Below, in pieces: positions 38,295-47,838 of a DNA stretch of 64,000 bases. Source of the stretch: a virus. The notes under the pieces are model-generated. The model made no database searches. It was not told where the DNA came from and worked only from the letters and a program-made list of their open reading frames with translations. The position numbers and the translations under genes are program-made. Location of the stretch: IMG/VR virus record IMGVR_UViG_3300047323_000673, positions 96,001 to 160,000 of that record; one strand, 5' to 3'. Position 1 is the stretch's first letter. Each line of letters starts with the position of its first letter.

Positions 38295-38990
38295 TTATTT
38301 CTTCTTTTTATTAAGAAGGTTTTCTTCTCTAAACTGCTTAAACTCATCAGTATTAAGCTTTTTGTTACCAACAGAAATATATTCAATTGCATACATGCTT
38401 TCGTCCATTTTTTGCATATCAACAAAGACATGAGTCATATTTAATGCTTTTTTAAAACCGAAAATAACGAATTCTTTTAAAAAAGATAGCATTTCTTCTG
38501 CTTGCTCTCCTTCAGCATCTTTTACTCTCATGCATGAAAGAATTGCTGGGAACCATTGATTCACAATTTCTTCAGTTTGAAGAATATGTTTACTGCCAAT
38601 ATAACCATAATCTTTTAAAAAATATCCTTGGAAAGTAATTTCAAAGGGTGAACTTCCTTCAAAACTATTTTTTTGAATATTCATTTCATTTTCATCAAAA
38701 TAGACCTCTTGATTAATTTGTGTCATTAACTCATTAATAGTTTGTTCTAAATATTTTCCACGATTAATATGGAAAGTAAAAGTAACTGGTTTTGGATTCA
38801 TTCGTGAAATTCGCTCTTTAATTACTCTATCACTAACTTGGAAAGTTAAGTCCGTAATATATAAAGAAACTTTTGATTCTTTGTCCTCTTCTGACTCATT
38901 AACAAGAGTCTTTGCATATGCTGGAACTTTTGTTGATACAACATGATTGAGCTTATGTTTAATTTCTTTTGTGATTTCTTGAATATCCAT
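38295..38990 (-). CDS. Hypothetical protein
   Basis: 231 aa ORF with AAGGA RBS. Confidence 0.7.
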   Translation of the reverse strand: MDIQEITKEIKHKLNHVVSTKVPAYAKTLVNESEEDKESKVSLYITDLTFQVSDRVIKERISRMNPKPVTFTFHINRGKYLEQTINELMTQINQEVYFDENEMNIQKNSFEGSSPFEITFQGYFLKDYGYIGSKHILQTEEIVNQWFPAILSCMRVKDAEGEQAEEMLSFLKEFVIFGFKKALNMTHVFVDMQKMDESMYAIEYISVGNKKLNTDEFKQFREENLLNKKKK

Positions 38991-39127
38991 TTTTTTCCTT
39001 GTTTAAAATGCGAGAGCATTATTAAATATTTTATGAATTAAGTCAAATTTCTAATTAAAATAGTTGTGTTAAATATCTGTTAGTGTATAATTAAATTACT
39101 GAATAAATAAAATAGGAGGAAAAGATT

Positions 39128-39763
39128 ATGACCCACCTTACTGACAATACTTATCAGCGTCTTTTCATTTCTATGCGTTATTGGTTGATTGGCATCTCCA
39201 AAAATGACAAACAATTTGAGCCAGCATTGGAAGCTCTCGAATATGCTAAAAATATTCACATTGGTTTTCGTAAAGATGGTAAAACACCAGAATTTCAACA
39301 TCAAATCGAAATTTGTCATTATTTGAGAACTTTGGTCGATGGACTAATGTATCCTGGTGCTACTTTAGCTGCGGCCTTCCTTCATGATGTTCCTGAAGAT
39401 TATGATATTTCTTTTGAAGAATTAGAAAGGAAATTTGGTAAGCAAATTAGTGATGCAGTTTGGCTTTTGACCAAACAATATCGTGGTGAGAAAAAAGATA
39501 TTGAAGTTTATTTTGATGAAATGGCACATTGCCCAATTGCTAGTGTAATTAAAGGTGCTGACCGAATTAATAATCATCAAACTATGCATCCAGTTTTCAA
39601 ACCAGAAAAGCAGCAATCTTATATTTTAGAAACAGATAATCATATTATTCCGATGCTTAAAAAAGCTCGTCATATTCATGTTCGTCAAGAGCATATTTAT
39701 GAAAATATTAAATTTGTTTTGAAATCACAAATGGCAATGGTCAACCATCGCCTAAATGGTTAA
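39128..39763 (+). CDS. HD-domain hydrolase, RelA/SpoT-hydrolase (Mesh1/SAH)-like
   Basis: AKNIH...RKDG.TP...H, AAFLHDVPED, IKGADRINN; AGGAGG RBS. Confidence 0.85.
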   Translation: MTHLTDNTYQRLFISMRYWLIGISKNDKQFEPALEALEYAKNIHIGFRKDGKTPEFQHQIEICHYLRTLVDGLMYPGATLAAAFLHDVPEDYDISFEELERKFGKQISDAVWLLTKQYRGEKKDIEVYFDEMAHCPIASVIKGADRINNHQTMHPVFKPEKQQSYILETDNHIIPMLKKARHIHVRQEHIYENIKFVLKSQMAMVNHRLNG

Positions 39764-39766
39764 AAA

Positions 39767-40582
39767 TTAAGCCCCATTGTGGGCTTTTTCCATTTTTTCA
39801 TTAAGTAAATTAGCTAAGGATGCAATTGTTTTCAATGCTGGATTATTTGCATTGGCTAGAGCTTCTCCAACTTCTTTAATATCCAATTTAATAGGATATC
39901 TTGTTCCTCTATGTTCAATACCCTTTTTCATTAATTGAGTAAATGGTACTCCAATTTTTTTCAAGAAAATCATCATTTTTCTTTCACACATAAAAATTGA
40001 GCAATCCAACCCTTTGGACAAAACAAAACTTGCAGAAAATACACTAAAAAGAAGATAATTTCCATTAATTGCTCCTTGAATTTTAAATAATGATTTATTT
40101 CTATGATCATTTAATATTAAAAGCCTAGAAATTTCAGCATATTTTAATCCATTTAATTGTTCTTTTATTTGAATATATTCTTCAGGATAAAGATGCTTAA
40201 TAGCCTCCAAACAAGGCAAATCACCATTCTCAGGAGCGAAGATAAGTCTTACTCCAGCAATAGCAGGATCATCAAAAGGTGTAATATAAGTTGTAGCTCT
40301 ATCAATTATATCATCAAGTTTAGATTTTTTTACTTTTTTGGAAATAACACAACCAATAGAATCTTTATCATAAATATCAAATTCTTGTTGTTCTTTACTA
40401 ACTTCTTCAAAACCGAATTCGTCACAATAAACTTTATGTCTCAAAGTAAAGCTCCGTTTAGCAGTGATTCGGCCTAATTGTTTAGATGTGTTAAAAAATT
40501 CAACGACATAATTACTCTTAAAATACCTAAGAGTAATATATGGTATCATTTTTTGATAAATTTCGTGGAAATATTTTTTCAT
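39767..40582 (-). CDS. Acyltransferase of LuxI/FeeM-like GNAT fold (PEP-CTERM/exosortase-associated type)
   Basis: FTLRHKVYCDEFGFE...EFDIYD..SIGCVI, AGVRLI, LPCLE, AEISRLLI. Confidence 0.75.
   Translation of the reverse strand: MKKYFHEIYQKMIPYITLRYFKSNYVVEFFNTSKQLGRITAKRSFTLRHKVYCDEFGFEEVSKEQQEFDIYDKDSIGCVISKKVKKSKLDDIIDRATTYITPFDDPAIAGVRLIFAPENGDLPCLEAIKHLYPEEYIQIKEQLNGLKYAEISRLLILNDHRNKSLFKIQGAINGNYLLFSVFSASFVLSKGLDCSIFMCERKMMIFLKKIGVPFTQLMKKGIEHRGTRYPIKLDIKEVGEALANANNPALKTIASLANLLNEKMEKAHNGA
39769..39789. terminator. Bidirectional terminator
   Basis: AAGCCCCA-ttg-TGGGCTTTTT, overlapping the acyltransferase stop. Confidence 0.7.
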
Positions 40583-40659
40583 GACATTTTATTCTTATTT
40601 TAGTTTTTTTAATTTTGAAAATGACACATTGAATATAGACGATATAATGGTTTTTTAAA

Positions 40660-40714
40660 AAATCAAGTGTCGAAAAATTTTACACTTGATTTAAATTATT
40701 GTGCATTATATAAT
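40660..40714 (+). promoter_or_regulatory. Perfect 11-bp inverted repeat overlapping a sigma70 promoter in a divergent intergenic region
   Basis: AAATCAAGTGT-11 nt-ACACTTGATTT (40660..40692); TTGATT (40686)-17-TATAAT (40709). Confidence 0.6.
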
Positions 40715-40742
40715 GCATAATAATTTTACTGAAAGTTAAAAA

Positions 40743-41504
40743 ATGCGTTTACATGTCCTATCAGATCTGCATATTGAATTCTCTAATTATCTTATTCCTA
40801 TTCAGGAAGCTGATGTATTAGTTTTAGCTGGTGATATAGGTAATGGTTTGACAGGTATTCTTTATGCTGCTCAATATAAGAAATATTACAAGCATGTTAT
40901 ATATGTAGCGGGGAATCATGAGTTTTATGGTCATCATTTGTCTAAAATGAGTATTGAATTAGCTAAATTTGCCGAACAATATGGAATAATTTTTTTAGAT
41001 AATAGTAATATTGAAATTGATGGAATTTCTTTTATTGGTGCTACTCTATGGACTGATTTTAAGCTTTATGGTGAAAAACCTGAGCATATTGCATATTATA
41101 TGAATAAAGGGGCTGCATCTTTAAACGATTTCTCACAAATTAGATATGGAACATTTTGGTTCAATCCTGTAGATTGTGCAAAAATGAGCCTGAATTCACA
41201 AGATTATATTAATAATGCTTTAACTAATAATATTGGTAAAAAAAATGTAGTAGTAACTCATCATTGTCCAAGTTCAAAGAGTATTAGTCAAAAGTATTTA
41301 GGTAATCATATTAATCCATGTTTTGCTAATAATCTTGATTCTTTGGTTAAAAAGGCTGATATTTGGATTCATGGACATACTCATGACTCTTTTGATTACC
41401 CATTAGGAAAGTGTAGGGTAATTTGTAATCCTAGAGGATATTCTAAGTATCAAGAAAAACAGGAAAATGTTAATTTTAATCCTAGTTTAGTAGTAGAAAT
41501 TTAA
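40743..41504 (+). CDS. Calcineurin-like metallophosphoesterase
   Basis: SDLHIEF, LAGDI, VAGNHEFY, TLWTDF, VTHH.P, WIHGHTH, NPRGY. Confidence 0.93.
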   Translation: MRLHVLSDLHIEFSNYLIPIQEADVLVLAGDIGNGLTGILYAAQYKKYYKHVIYVAGNHEFYGHHLSKMSIELAKFAEQYGIIFLDNSNIEIDGISFIGATLWTDFKLYGEKPEHIAYYMNKGAASLNDFSQIRYGTFWFNPVDCAKMSLNSQDYINNALTNNIGKKNVVVTHHCPSSKSISQKYLGNHINPCFANNLDSLVKKADIWIHGHTHDSFDYPLGKCRVICNPRGYSKYQEKQENVNFNPSLVVEI

Positions 41505-41556
41505 TATTGTTTTTACTTAAATGAAGCTTATTAGTTTTTGATTACTTCTAGCATAA

Positions 41557-42069
41557 TCAATACTTAAGCTTCATTTTATTATTAAGTGGCATAGTATCTA
41601 AATTAATTATTTTTTTTTCTTTAGATATTGGATGCTTAATAAATAATTTGGGATTATTTAAAATAATTTTTTGACCGCAGTATTTATTCTCCCAATCTTT
41701 CAAGCTTGCAGGTATTTCTTTTAATTTTTTCTTAATAGATACATGCATGATTCTTTCTTTATAATCTTCCACAATAGAAAAATGTTTTAAAATATTTTTA
41801 TTAGTAATTATTAAATTCGGATTATCTATCAATAAAGTTATATGATTATTTAGAATTTCTATTTTGGTAATAATTGCTTCCTCTTCTTTAGGTATATTAA
41901 ATGAATTTAATTTATCTAAATGTTTATCAGAAAAATCTTCCTTTGAATAAGCTAAAGTGCAATGTAATTCATCTTTAGTATAGAAACCTTCTTCTTCAAT
42001 ATAATCAGGGATTAATGCATCGTATGAAAAATAATATGGCATATATTTTAAATGTATTTGTATTGTCAT
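41557..42069 (-). CDS. 2H phosphoesterase, Acb1/T4 gp57B-like
   Basis: Two H-x-T/S motifs: DELHCTLAYSK and IMHVSI, about 75 aa apart. Confidence 0.62.
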   Translation of the reverse strand: MTIQIHLKYMPYYFSYDALIPDYIEEEGFYTKDELHCTLAYSKEDFSDKHLDKLNSFNIPKEEEAIITKIEILNNHITLLIDNPNLIITNKNILKHFSIVEDYKERIMHVSIKKKLKEIPASLKDWENKYCGQKIILNNPKLFIKHPISKEKKIINLDTMPLNNKMKLKY

Positions 42070-42178
42070 ATTATATTTAAAAAATAAACATTAACAAGTA
42101 TATTAAAATATCTTTTATTTAATTGATTATTTCATAAAAAGCATTAAGATATATATACATATCATAATAATAATACAA

Positions 42179-42529
42179 ATGGACAATATTAAAAAAATTA
42201 ATGAAGTTGAAAATTATGAAATTATTGGAAAAACTAGGGATATATTAATTACTTATTCATTACATGATTGTACTGAATTGTCAGATATTGAAAATGGTTC
42301 AATTATTATTAAAGAAAAAAATTTAGATAATTATGACTTGATTGTGACTACAGAATTAGGGGATTACCTAGTAATATTTAAGAATTTAAATGAAAAAACA
42401 GCAGAATCTTTAATTAGAAAAACAATTGTTTTTGCTGGAATTTCAGAAAAAACTAATGATATTGAAGAAGCACTTTTAGTCTCTAAAATTACCATAGAAA
42501 ACAAAACAAAGAAAACGATGGAGTTATAA
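42179..42529 (+). CDS. Small acidic hypothetical protein
   Basis: 116 aa ORF coupled to next gene. Confidence 0.65.
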   Translation: MDNIKKINEVENYEIIGKTRDILITYSLHDCTELSDIENGSIIIKEKNLDNYDLIVTTELGDYLVIFKNLNEKTAESLIRKTIVFAGISEKTNDIEEALLVSKITIENKTKKTMEL

Positions 42530-42532
42530 ATA

Positions 42533-43729
42533 ATGAATGCTAAACAAAAATTATTAGATCATGTTAAAAAGATTATCAAAGAAACAGATGATAAGGACAT
42601 TCAGTATATTGGCTCTAAACCTTGGTATCAAAGACCTTTGAATAAATTTAAGCTAGGTTTAGCTATTGGGGTAGCTACAGGATTAGTTTCTGGCTTATCT
42701 TCTTTTGCTTTACTTGAAAAAAATATGTCAGATCATTTGAAAATGGGATCACAATTAGCCTCAGGAAAAGTGCAGTCTGAAGTTTCAGTAGAAAATTTAA
42801 CTCTTCAACCAAAAAAGAAAAATGCTTTTGCTCAAGCACTTGAAAGTTTTAGAAAAGAATATCCTAATTTAGATTTTACAAATATTAAAAATGCAAGAGA
42901 AGTTTCTAAGCAATTTTTAGGAAAGAATAATTTTATTGCTTTAGCAGCAGAGATGGAAGGTTTTCGTGGTGATTTACATAAAGATCCAGCAACAGGATTA
43001 AATATCGGTTTTGGTTATAATATAAGTAAAAGAGCAGAATTATCTCCTGAGGAAGTAATAGCAGATTTAACTGCTATAGGAATTAGCACTCGTAAAATTG
43101 ATAGAATTATTGAGATATCTAAGAAAAAACAAAGTAATTTAAGCAAAGAAATTAAAAAATTTAATGAAGAATTTAATTTGCCAGATAATCAGCTTATAAC
43201 ATTAGAACAAGGTGTAGCTTTATTAAAAAGAACCGAAGCAGAATATAAAAACCAGGCCAAAGTAACTTTTAGCTCTTCTTTTGATAAAATGGGTTCTCAT
43301 CAGCAGCAAGTATTAACTTATGCTGCTTACAAAGCAGGATATGATGCATTAACTAAATATAAAAGAGCAATTAAAAAGGCCGATAAAATTTATGCTAATA
43401 ATAAAGAACCAGGAACCAAACAATTAAAATCTATCGCTCAAGAGCTTACTTTTTACTATTCTAAAGATGGTAAAGAAATGGTTTTGGATGAAAGAGCCAC
43501 TCTTATTGCTCATACATTTATTAGTCAAGACTATTTAGGTTTACAAATAGGTAAAAAAGATTTACTAAAACAGTCACCACAAAAATTATATCAACAACAA
43601 ATAGACTTCTCTCATCTAGATACAACATTAGATAAGACTAAACATGCAAAACCAGATATTAGAAATGTTTTGGAAAAATACAGAAAACATGATGCTGAAC
43701 ATAAGCATAAAAGTAAACATAGCTTATAA
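42533..43729 (+). CDS. Membrane-anchored lysozyme-like (GH24-type motif) protein
   Basis: TM LGLAIGVATGLVSGLSSFALL; EGFRGDLHKDPATGLNIGFGYN resembles E-G-x4-Y-x-D-x2-G-x2-T-I-G-x-G-x-N. Confidence 0.6.
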   Translation: MNAKQKLLDHVKKIIKETDDKDIQYIGSKPWYQRPLNKFKLGLAIGVATGLVSGLSSFALLEKNMSDHLKMGSQLASGKVQSEVSVENLTLQPKKKNAFAQALESFRKEYPNLDFTNIKNAREVSKQFLGKNNFIALAAEMEGFRGDLHKDPATGLNIGFGYNISKRAELSPEEVIADLTAIGISTRKIDRIIEISKKKQSNLSKEIKKFNEEFNLPDNQLITLEQGVALLKRTEAEYKNQAKVTFSSSFDKMGSHQQQVLTYAAYKAGYDALTKYKRAIKKADKIYANNKEPGTKQLKSIAQELTFYYSKDGKEMVLDERATLIAHTFISQDYLGLQIGKKDLLKQSPQKLYQQQIDFSHLDTTLDKTKHAKPDIRNVLEKYRKHDAEHKHKSKHSL

Positions 43730-44566
43730 TTAAGCTACTAGTTCTACAAAGTTAGGCTTTGACATCTGATCTGCAAGTTTGTTTTCTTTTCTAGAAATCC
43801 AAGCTATTTTATATGAATCAAAATCCTGAAGCATTTCATATATTTCATCAACAAGTTTTTTAAATTTGTTATTGATATTATTTTTTCTTGTTTGAAATGA
43901 GATTAATGCATCAACAGAAGCAATAGAATCAGTAAATACCTCAAGTGAAGGTAAATTCATTTCTTTTGCAATAAGAACAGCTTGTTTAATAGCTTTAAGT
44001 TCAGCCACATTATTATCTTGATTAGACTCCTTAAAACGAAAACTAACAATGATATTTTTGTCAGAAATTCCGTACCCTGCCATATAAGAATCTTCTTTAA
44101 CCGCAGCATCAGTAAAGAAAGAAATTGGTGGTTTATTAAAATTTTCTGTTTGGACTATTGAATCATTGCTGCCAACATGTTGGGTAGCATTAAAAATCTC
44201 TCCAAGATTAACGACTAAATCTGTTTCATACTCAATACGATAAAAGGGACTAAGCAAATAAACTAATTTATGTCCTGAATTGGTTTGTTTTTTGCTTTCT
44301 TCTAACATAATAGAAATAAATTTAGCAGGTTTGTGTGATGCATATTTAAATTTATGCTTGAAGCTTTCTCCATAAATACATTGAACTTTGGTATTTGCTT
44401 TAGGAGGAAACCCTTTAAGTTTTAATTCTTGAATGCCAGCTTTAAGTGCAGCAGTGAATCCTGCTACTAAAGCATCAGCGATAAAAGGAAAGACCTCTTT
44501 AAATAGAGAATTGCCATTCTGAATCAATTCAATTTCATGTTGTTCATTGTATTGCAGGATATTCAT
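43730..44566 (-). CDS. Protein with C-terminal RNase H-like domain
   Basis: FFTDAA, DNNVAELKAI, VFTDS, WISRKENKLAD.MS. Confidence 0.82.
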   Translation of the reverse strand: MNILQYNEQHEIELIQNGNSLFKEVFPFIADALVAGFTAALKAGIQELKLKGFPPKANTKVQCIYGESFKHKFKYASHKPAKFISIMLEESKKQTNSGHKLVYLLSPFYRIEYETDLVVNLGEIFNATQHVGSNDSIVQTENFNKPPISFFTDAAVKEDSYMAGYGISDKNIIVSFRFKESNQDNNVAELKAIKQAVLIAKEMNLPSLEVFTDSIASVDALISFQTRKNNINNKFKKLVDEIYEMLQDFDSYKIAWISRKENKLADQMSKPNFVELVA

Positions 44567-44580
44567 AACTGTTATTTTAA

Positions 44581-45222
44581 TTAGGAGTTAATTTCTAGTT
44601 CAAATAGATTAGTTTTACCAAATTTTTCTTTAAGGAAGTTACCATTCGCACGAAGTGCAGTAACATCATCTTCATACATTCCATAAGCAATTTCTTTAAC
44701 TTTTTGATCAAGAACAGTAAGCTGTTCAATCAACATTTGTTTTGCTGTTTTGCCATTTGATGATTTAATTTCATTAGCATATTTAGATGGAAGCTTTGAA
44801 TATTGATTAATGATATTAGGCAAATATGAATCAAAAATAGATGTAAAGTTAATAATATCTTCGTTAAAAGATGTATTTTTATTAGCTTCCTGAACAAAAG
44901 TAATTAATTCAGTTGCATTTTGTGAGATACTATGAAGAATTTCTTTTGCTTCTTGTGGAACTTTTTCTGAAGCCATAACAGTATTTTTCATTTTATTAAT
45001 AAATCCAATATAGTCATTAAGGCTTTGTCCTTCATAATGATAAAACTTAATTTTTTTATCAGCAGGGCCAGCTACATAACCAAAAATATAAGCCATTACA
45101 GCAATTGGTAGCCAAAAGCTTTTCATAATACCAATAAGTGCTAAAACAAGAACAATAGAAGTCAAAGCACAACCCAAGATATTTTTGTTAGAGAAAAGGA
45201 ATTTTTGAATTTTGAAGTTCAT
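44581..45222 (-). CDS. XpaC-like (5-bromo-4-chloroindolyl phosphate hydrolysis family) membrane protein
   Basis: Two N-terminal TMs; YLP.II.QY.KLP...LIEQL.VL...DV.AL.ANG.FL.EKF; next to vWA-SBP gene. Confidence 0.65.
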   Translation of the reverse strand: MNFKIQKFLFSNKNILGCALTSIVLVLALIGIMKSFWLPIAVMAYIFGYVAGPADKKIKFYHYEGQSLNDYIGFINKMKNTVMASEKVPQEAKEILHSISQNATELITFVQEANKNTSFNEDIINFTSIFDSYLPNIINQYSKLPSKYANEIKSSNGKTAKQMLIEQLTVLDQKVKEIAYGMYEDDVTALRANGNFLKEKFGKTNLFELEINS

Positions 45223-45291
45223 TGTGTTTACTCTCATTTTATTTTGATGAATTATTATATCATAATTAAAATAATTTGTAGTAATTAAAAT

Positions 45292-45321
45292 AAAAAAAGC
45301 CCTGATTTCTCAAGGCTTTTT
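45292..45321. terminator. Terminator
   Basis: AAAAAAAGCCCTGA...CAAGGCTTTTT. Confidence 0.65.
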
Positions 45322-45338
45322 ATCGTTATTAATACAGT

Positions 45339-46883
45339 TTATTGATAACTACGAATTTCACGGAAAGCACTTGAAAGGTTCTTTTTACCGTCAAAGACTT
45401 TACCACCTGAGATTTGTGTAATACCGTTTAATTGGTTAATATCTGCATCACCGAATGAGATAGCAAACACACGAATACCATGAGATTCAATCTTATTTTG
45501 CGTAAACCACTGAGCAAACCCTTCCATATTAGCACCTTCATTACTCATTCCGTCAGTTAAAACAATTACACTGTAACGATATTTATCACCATTAACTTTT
45601 TTATCTTCTACTAGTTGATGGATTGCAGTAGCTACACCATCATACATAGCTGTTCCACCATCCATATGCAAATTCTGAATGAAAGAATCAAATTCTACCT
45701 TCTGTTTATCATTAAATACATGAGATTCTGCTACTTGACTAGAGAAAGGAACAACAATAATCTCTTCACGATTACGAATAGTCGCAAATTTAGAGAGTGT
45801 TCCTTTTGCAAATCCATCAACCATTTGTTTCATTTGCATTTCTCGCTCACCGCCCATTGAACCACTAGTGTCTACAACAAAAGCAAATTTAGCAGGTTTC
45901 TTATATTCATTAAAATAAGCCATAAGAATTGAATCAGAAAGATTTGCATCAGGATTAAATGGCATTTCAACAAGTAGCTTGTCAGTATCAAATACTTTTT
46001 GAGATTGCATTACTTCTGCATTACCTGAACGGTATTTATACTCATTGACAAGCCGATTTTGAACTTCCTTACTCTTCATGAATTGAACAAATGCTTTATA
46101 CTGCTCTGTTTTCTTATCATTTAGTAAGAGCATTGGATAATCCGAAGTAATAATACCTTCATTCGGATAAACAGCAACAAGTTTATTTGGGTTCTTTAGA
46201 ATTGCTGATTCATAGTTAACAATAAAATCAATATTTGATTCTTTATTAAAAGTATCCATCAACCAACTTGATGATTTAGCAGTAACCTTTTGCCCTTTAA
46301 AAAAATTCTGGACAACATCTTTATTAACATCAGCAATAGTAATGTTTTCACCTTTATTAGTGGTGGCATAAATAACACCCATTAGAGCCACATAACCCGA
46401 ATTAGATACACTAGGGTCAGTCATTGCATAAGTCATATTTTTATTCTTAACCCAACCTGCAATGTCTTTCCAATCATAATTTTTAGACTCAGATAGTCCA
46501 TTTTTACTAAATGACTCGGAACGAACACCAACAATAACTGGCGAGAACATAATTTTCTCACTGAGCTTAATACGCTTTGAGCTTTCAGGGGTATCATAAA
46601 AATATTTTGCATTGCCAAACCATGCAACATCATATGCAGCACCGGATTTAACAGCGTCTACACCTTCAATGGTGCCAGTATATTTAACTTGAATTGGGAA
46701 GCCAAGTTTATTTGATGCCTCTTGAATCAAAGGCTTGATTATTTCGATTTCAGAACCAGCAACAATAGTCAATGCGTTACTGTCAGCATCAACATTTGCC
46801 TCAACTGAATCTTTTTTAGAACAACCAACCATAATTGCACCAGCAAAGATAGTGAAGGCAATATTACGAAGAACCTTATTCAT
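45339..46883 (-). CDS. Lipoprotein: solute-binding domain fused to C-terminal vWA domain (start moved to 46883)
   Basis: Lipobox MVGC; SPVIVG, TDP.VSNSG, NYES, SDYP; MIDAS VDTSGS, GGTAMYD, VLTDG, FG.AD. Confidence 0.9.
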   Translation of the reverse strand: MNKVLRNIAFTIFAGAIMVGCSKKDSVEANVDADSNALTIVAGSEIEIIKPLIQEASNKLGFPIQVKYTGTIEGVDAVKSGAAYDVAWFGNAKYFYDTPESSKRIKLSEKIMFSPVIVGVRSESFSKNGLSESKNYDWKDIAGWVKNKNMTYAMTDPSVSNSGYVALMGVIYATTNKGENITIADVNKDVVQNFFKGQKVTAKSSSWLMDTFNKESNIDFIVNYESAILKNPNKLVAVYPNEGIITSDYPMLLLNDKKTEQYKAFVQFMKSKEVQNRLVNEYKYRSGNAEVMQSQKVFDTDKLLVEMPFNPDANLSDSILMAYFNEYKKPAKFAFVVDTSGSMGGEREMQMKQMVDGFAKGTLSKFATIRNREEIIVVPFSSQVAESHVFNDKQKVEFDSFIQNLHMDGGTAMYDGVATAIHQLVEDKKVNGDKYRYSVIVLTDGMSNEGANMEGFAQWFTQNKIESHGIRVFAISFGDADINQLNGITQISGGKVFDGKKNLSSAFREIRSYQ

Positions 46884-47034
46884 GTTTTCTCCCAATTATT
46901 AATCATGCGGCTATTATATATCAAAAATTGGTATTTATAACACTTTTTTTAAAATAATTTTAAGAGTTTAATATCTTATGATTAAAATATCTATTTATGA
47001 TATAATTACTCATTAAATCTTTCAGGAGAAGGTA

Positions 47035-47724
47035 ATGGGTATTAGAATTCACAAACAAATTGGGTATTTCATTCCCTTAGAAAAATATGATAATTTTATT
47101 GTCAAAAACTATGAGGAAGTCTTGGAAGATTTAGATGAAAATAGTGAGACTCATATCAATAATATGCTTGAAGGATATAAAAATTATATTCCTTATAATA
47201 AAGATGATTATGAACAGCCTTTATTAAAATATCTTGCTAGAGAATATAATAAAGAAAAAGAAAAGTTTTCTGCTTACCACTTTGTATCGGAAGTTCATTT
47301 TGGAGATGATGTAGTTGGTATTATTGTTAAAACACCTGAGTTACATAAACATACTCGTTATGATAATTTAATTGATTACTATGAAAATAATTTAAATGTA
47401 GAAAATACTATCAAATATCTAAATCAACCTATTTATCCATCACAAGGATATATTTATACAGGGGGATTAGAAAAAGAGTTTCCTGACTTAAAAGTAGGGA
47501 AAATTTATGAAATGTTTCATATTAAATGCATTTATTTAACAGAAGCATTGCAAGTGCCAGAAGAACAACGAGTTGAATTTGTTTGCAAAAGTGGTTATTT
47601 CCGCCCTAATATTGAAGGTGCTGCATTTGTAATTGCAAAAACTTTTGGAATTTTAGAAGAACATATTACTGAAAATGATTTTAATAAAATGATGGAACCA
47701 GTGATTATTACCTCCTGGGGATAA
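47035..47724 (+). CDS. Hypothetical protein inserted between SBP genes
   Basis: 229 aa; GGAGAAGG RBS; own terminator. Confidence 0.75.
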   Translation: MGIRIHKQIGYFIPLEKYDNFIVKNYEEVLEDLDENSETHINNMLEGYKNYIPYNKDDYEQPLLKYLAREYNKEKEKFSAYHFVSEVHFGDDVVGIIVKTPELHKHTRYDNLIDYYENNLNVENTIKYLNQPIYPSQGYIYTGGLEKEFPDLKVGKIYEMFHIKCIYLTEALQVPEEQRVEFVCKSGYFRPNIEGAAFVIAKTFGILEEHITENDFNKMMEPVIITSWG

Positions 47725-47738
47725 TATTTAGATTAAAC

Positions 47739-47774
47739 AAAAAAGCCTTATAGAGAGATCTGTAAGGCCTTTTT
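47739..47774. terminator. Terminator
   Basis: AAAAAAGCCTTATAG...CTGTAAGGCCTTTTT. Confidence 0.75.
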
Positions 47775-47798
47775 GTTGTGAACGATATTTTTAATAAC

Positions 47799-47824
47799 AA
47801 AAAAGCCCCTAAATGGGGCTTTTA
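47799..47824. terminator. Terminator
   Basis: AAAAAAGCCCC-taaat-GGGGCTTTTT. Confidence 0.85.
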
Positions 47825-47838
47825 TTATGATTCAAGCA

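Noticed and set aside
41518-41576. Long imperfect inverted repeat ATGAAGCTTA...TAAGCTTCAT between convergent genes
   Set aside because: One arm is the coding end of 41557..42069; most simply a shared weak terminator, with no other evidence of a separate element.
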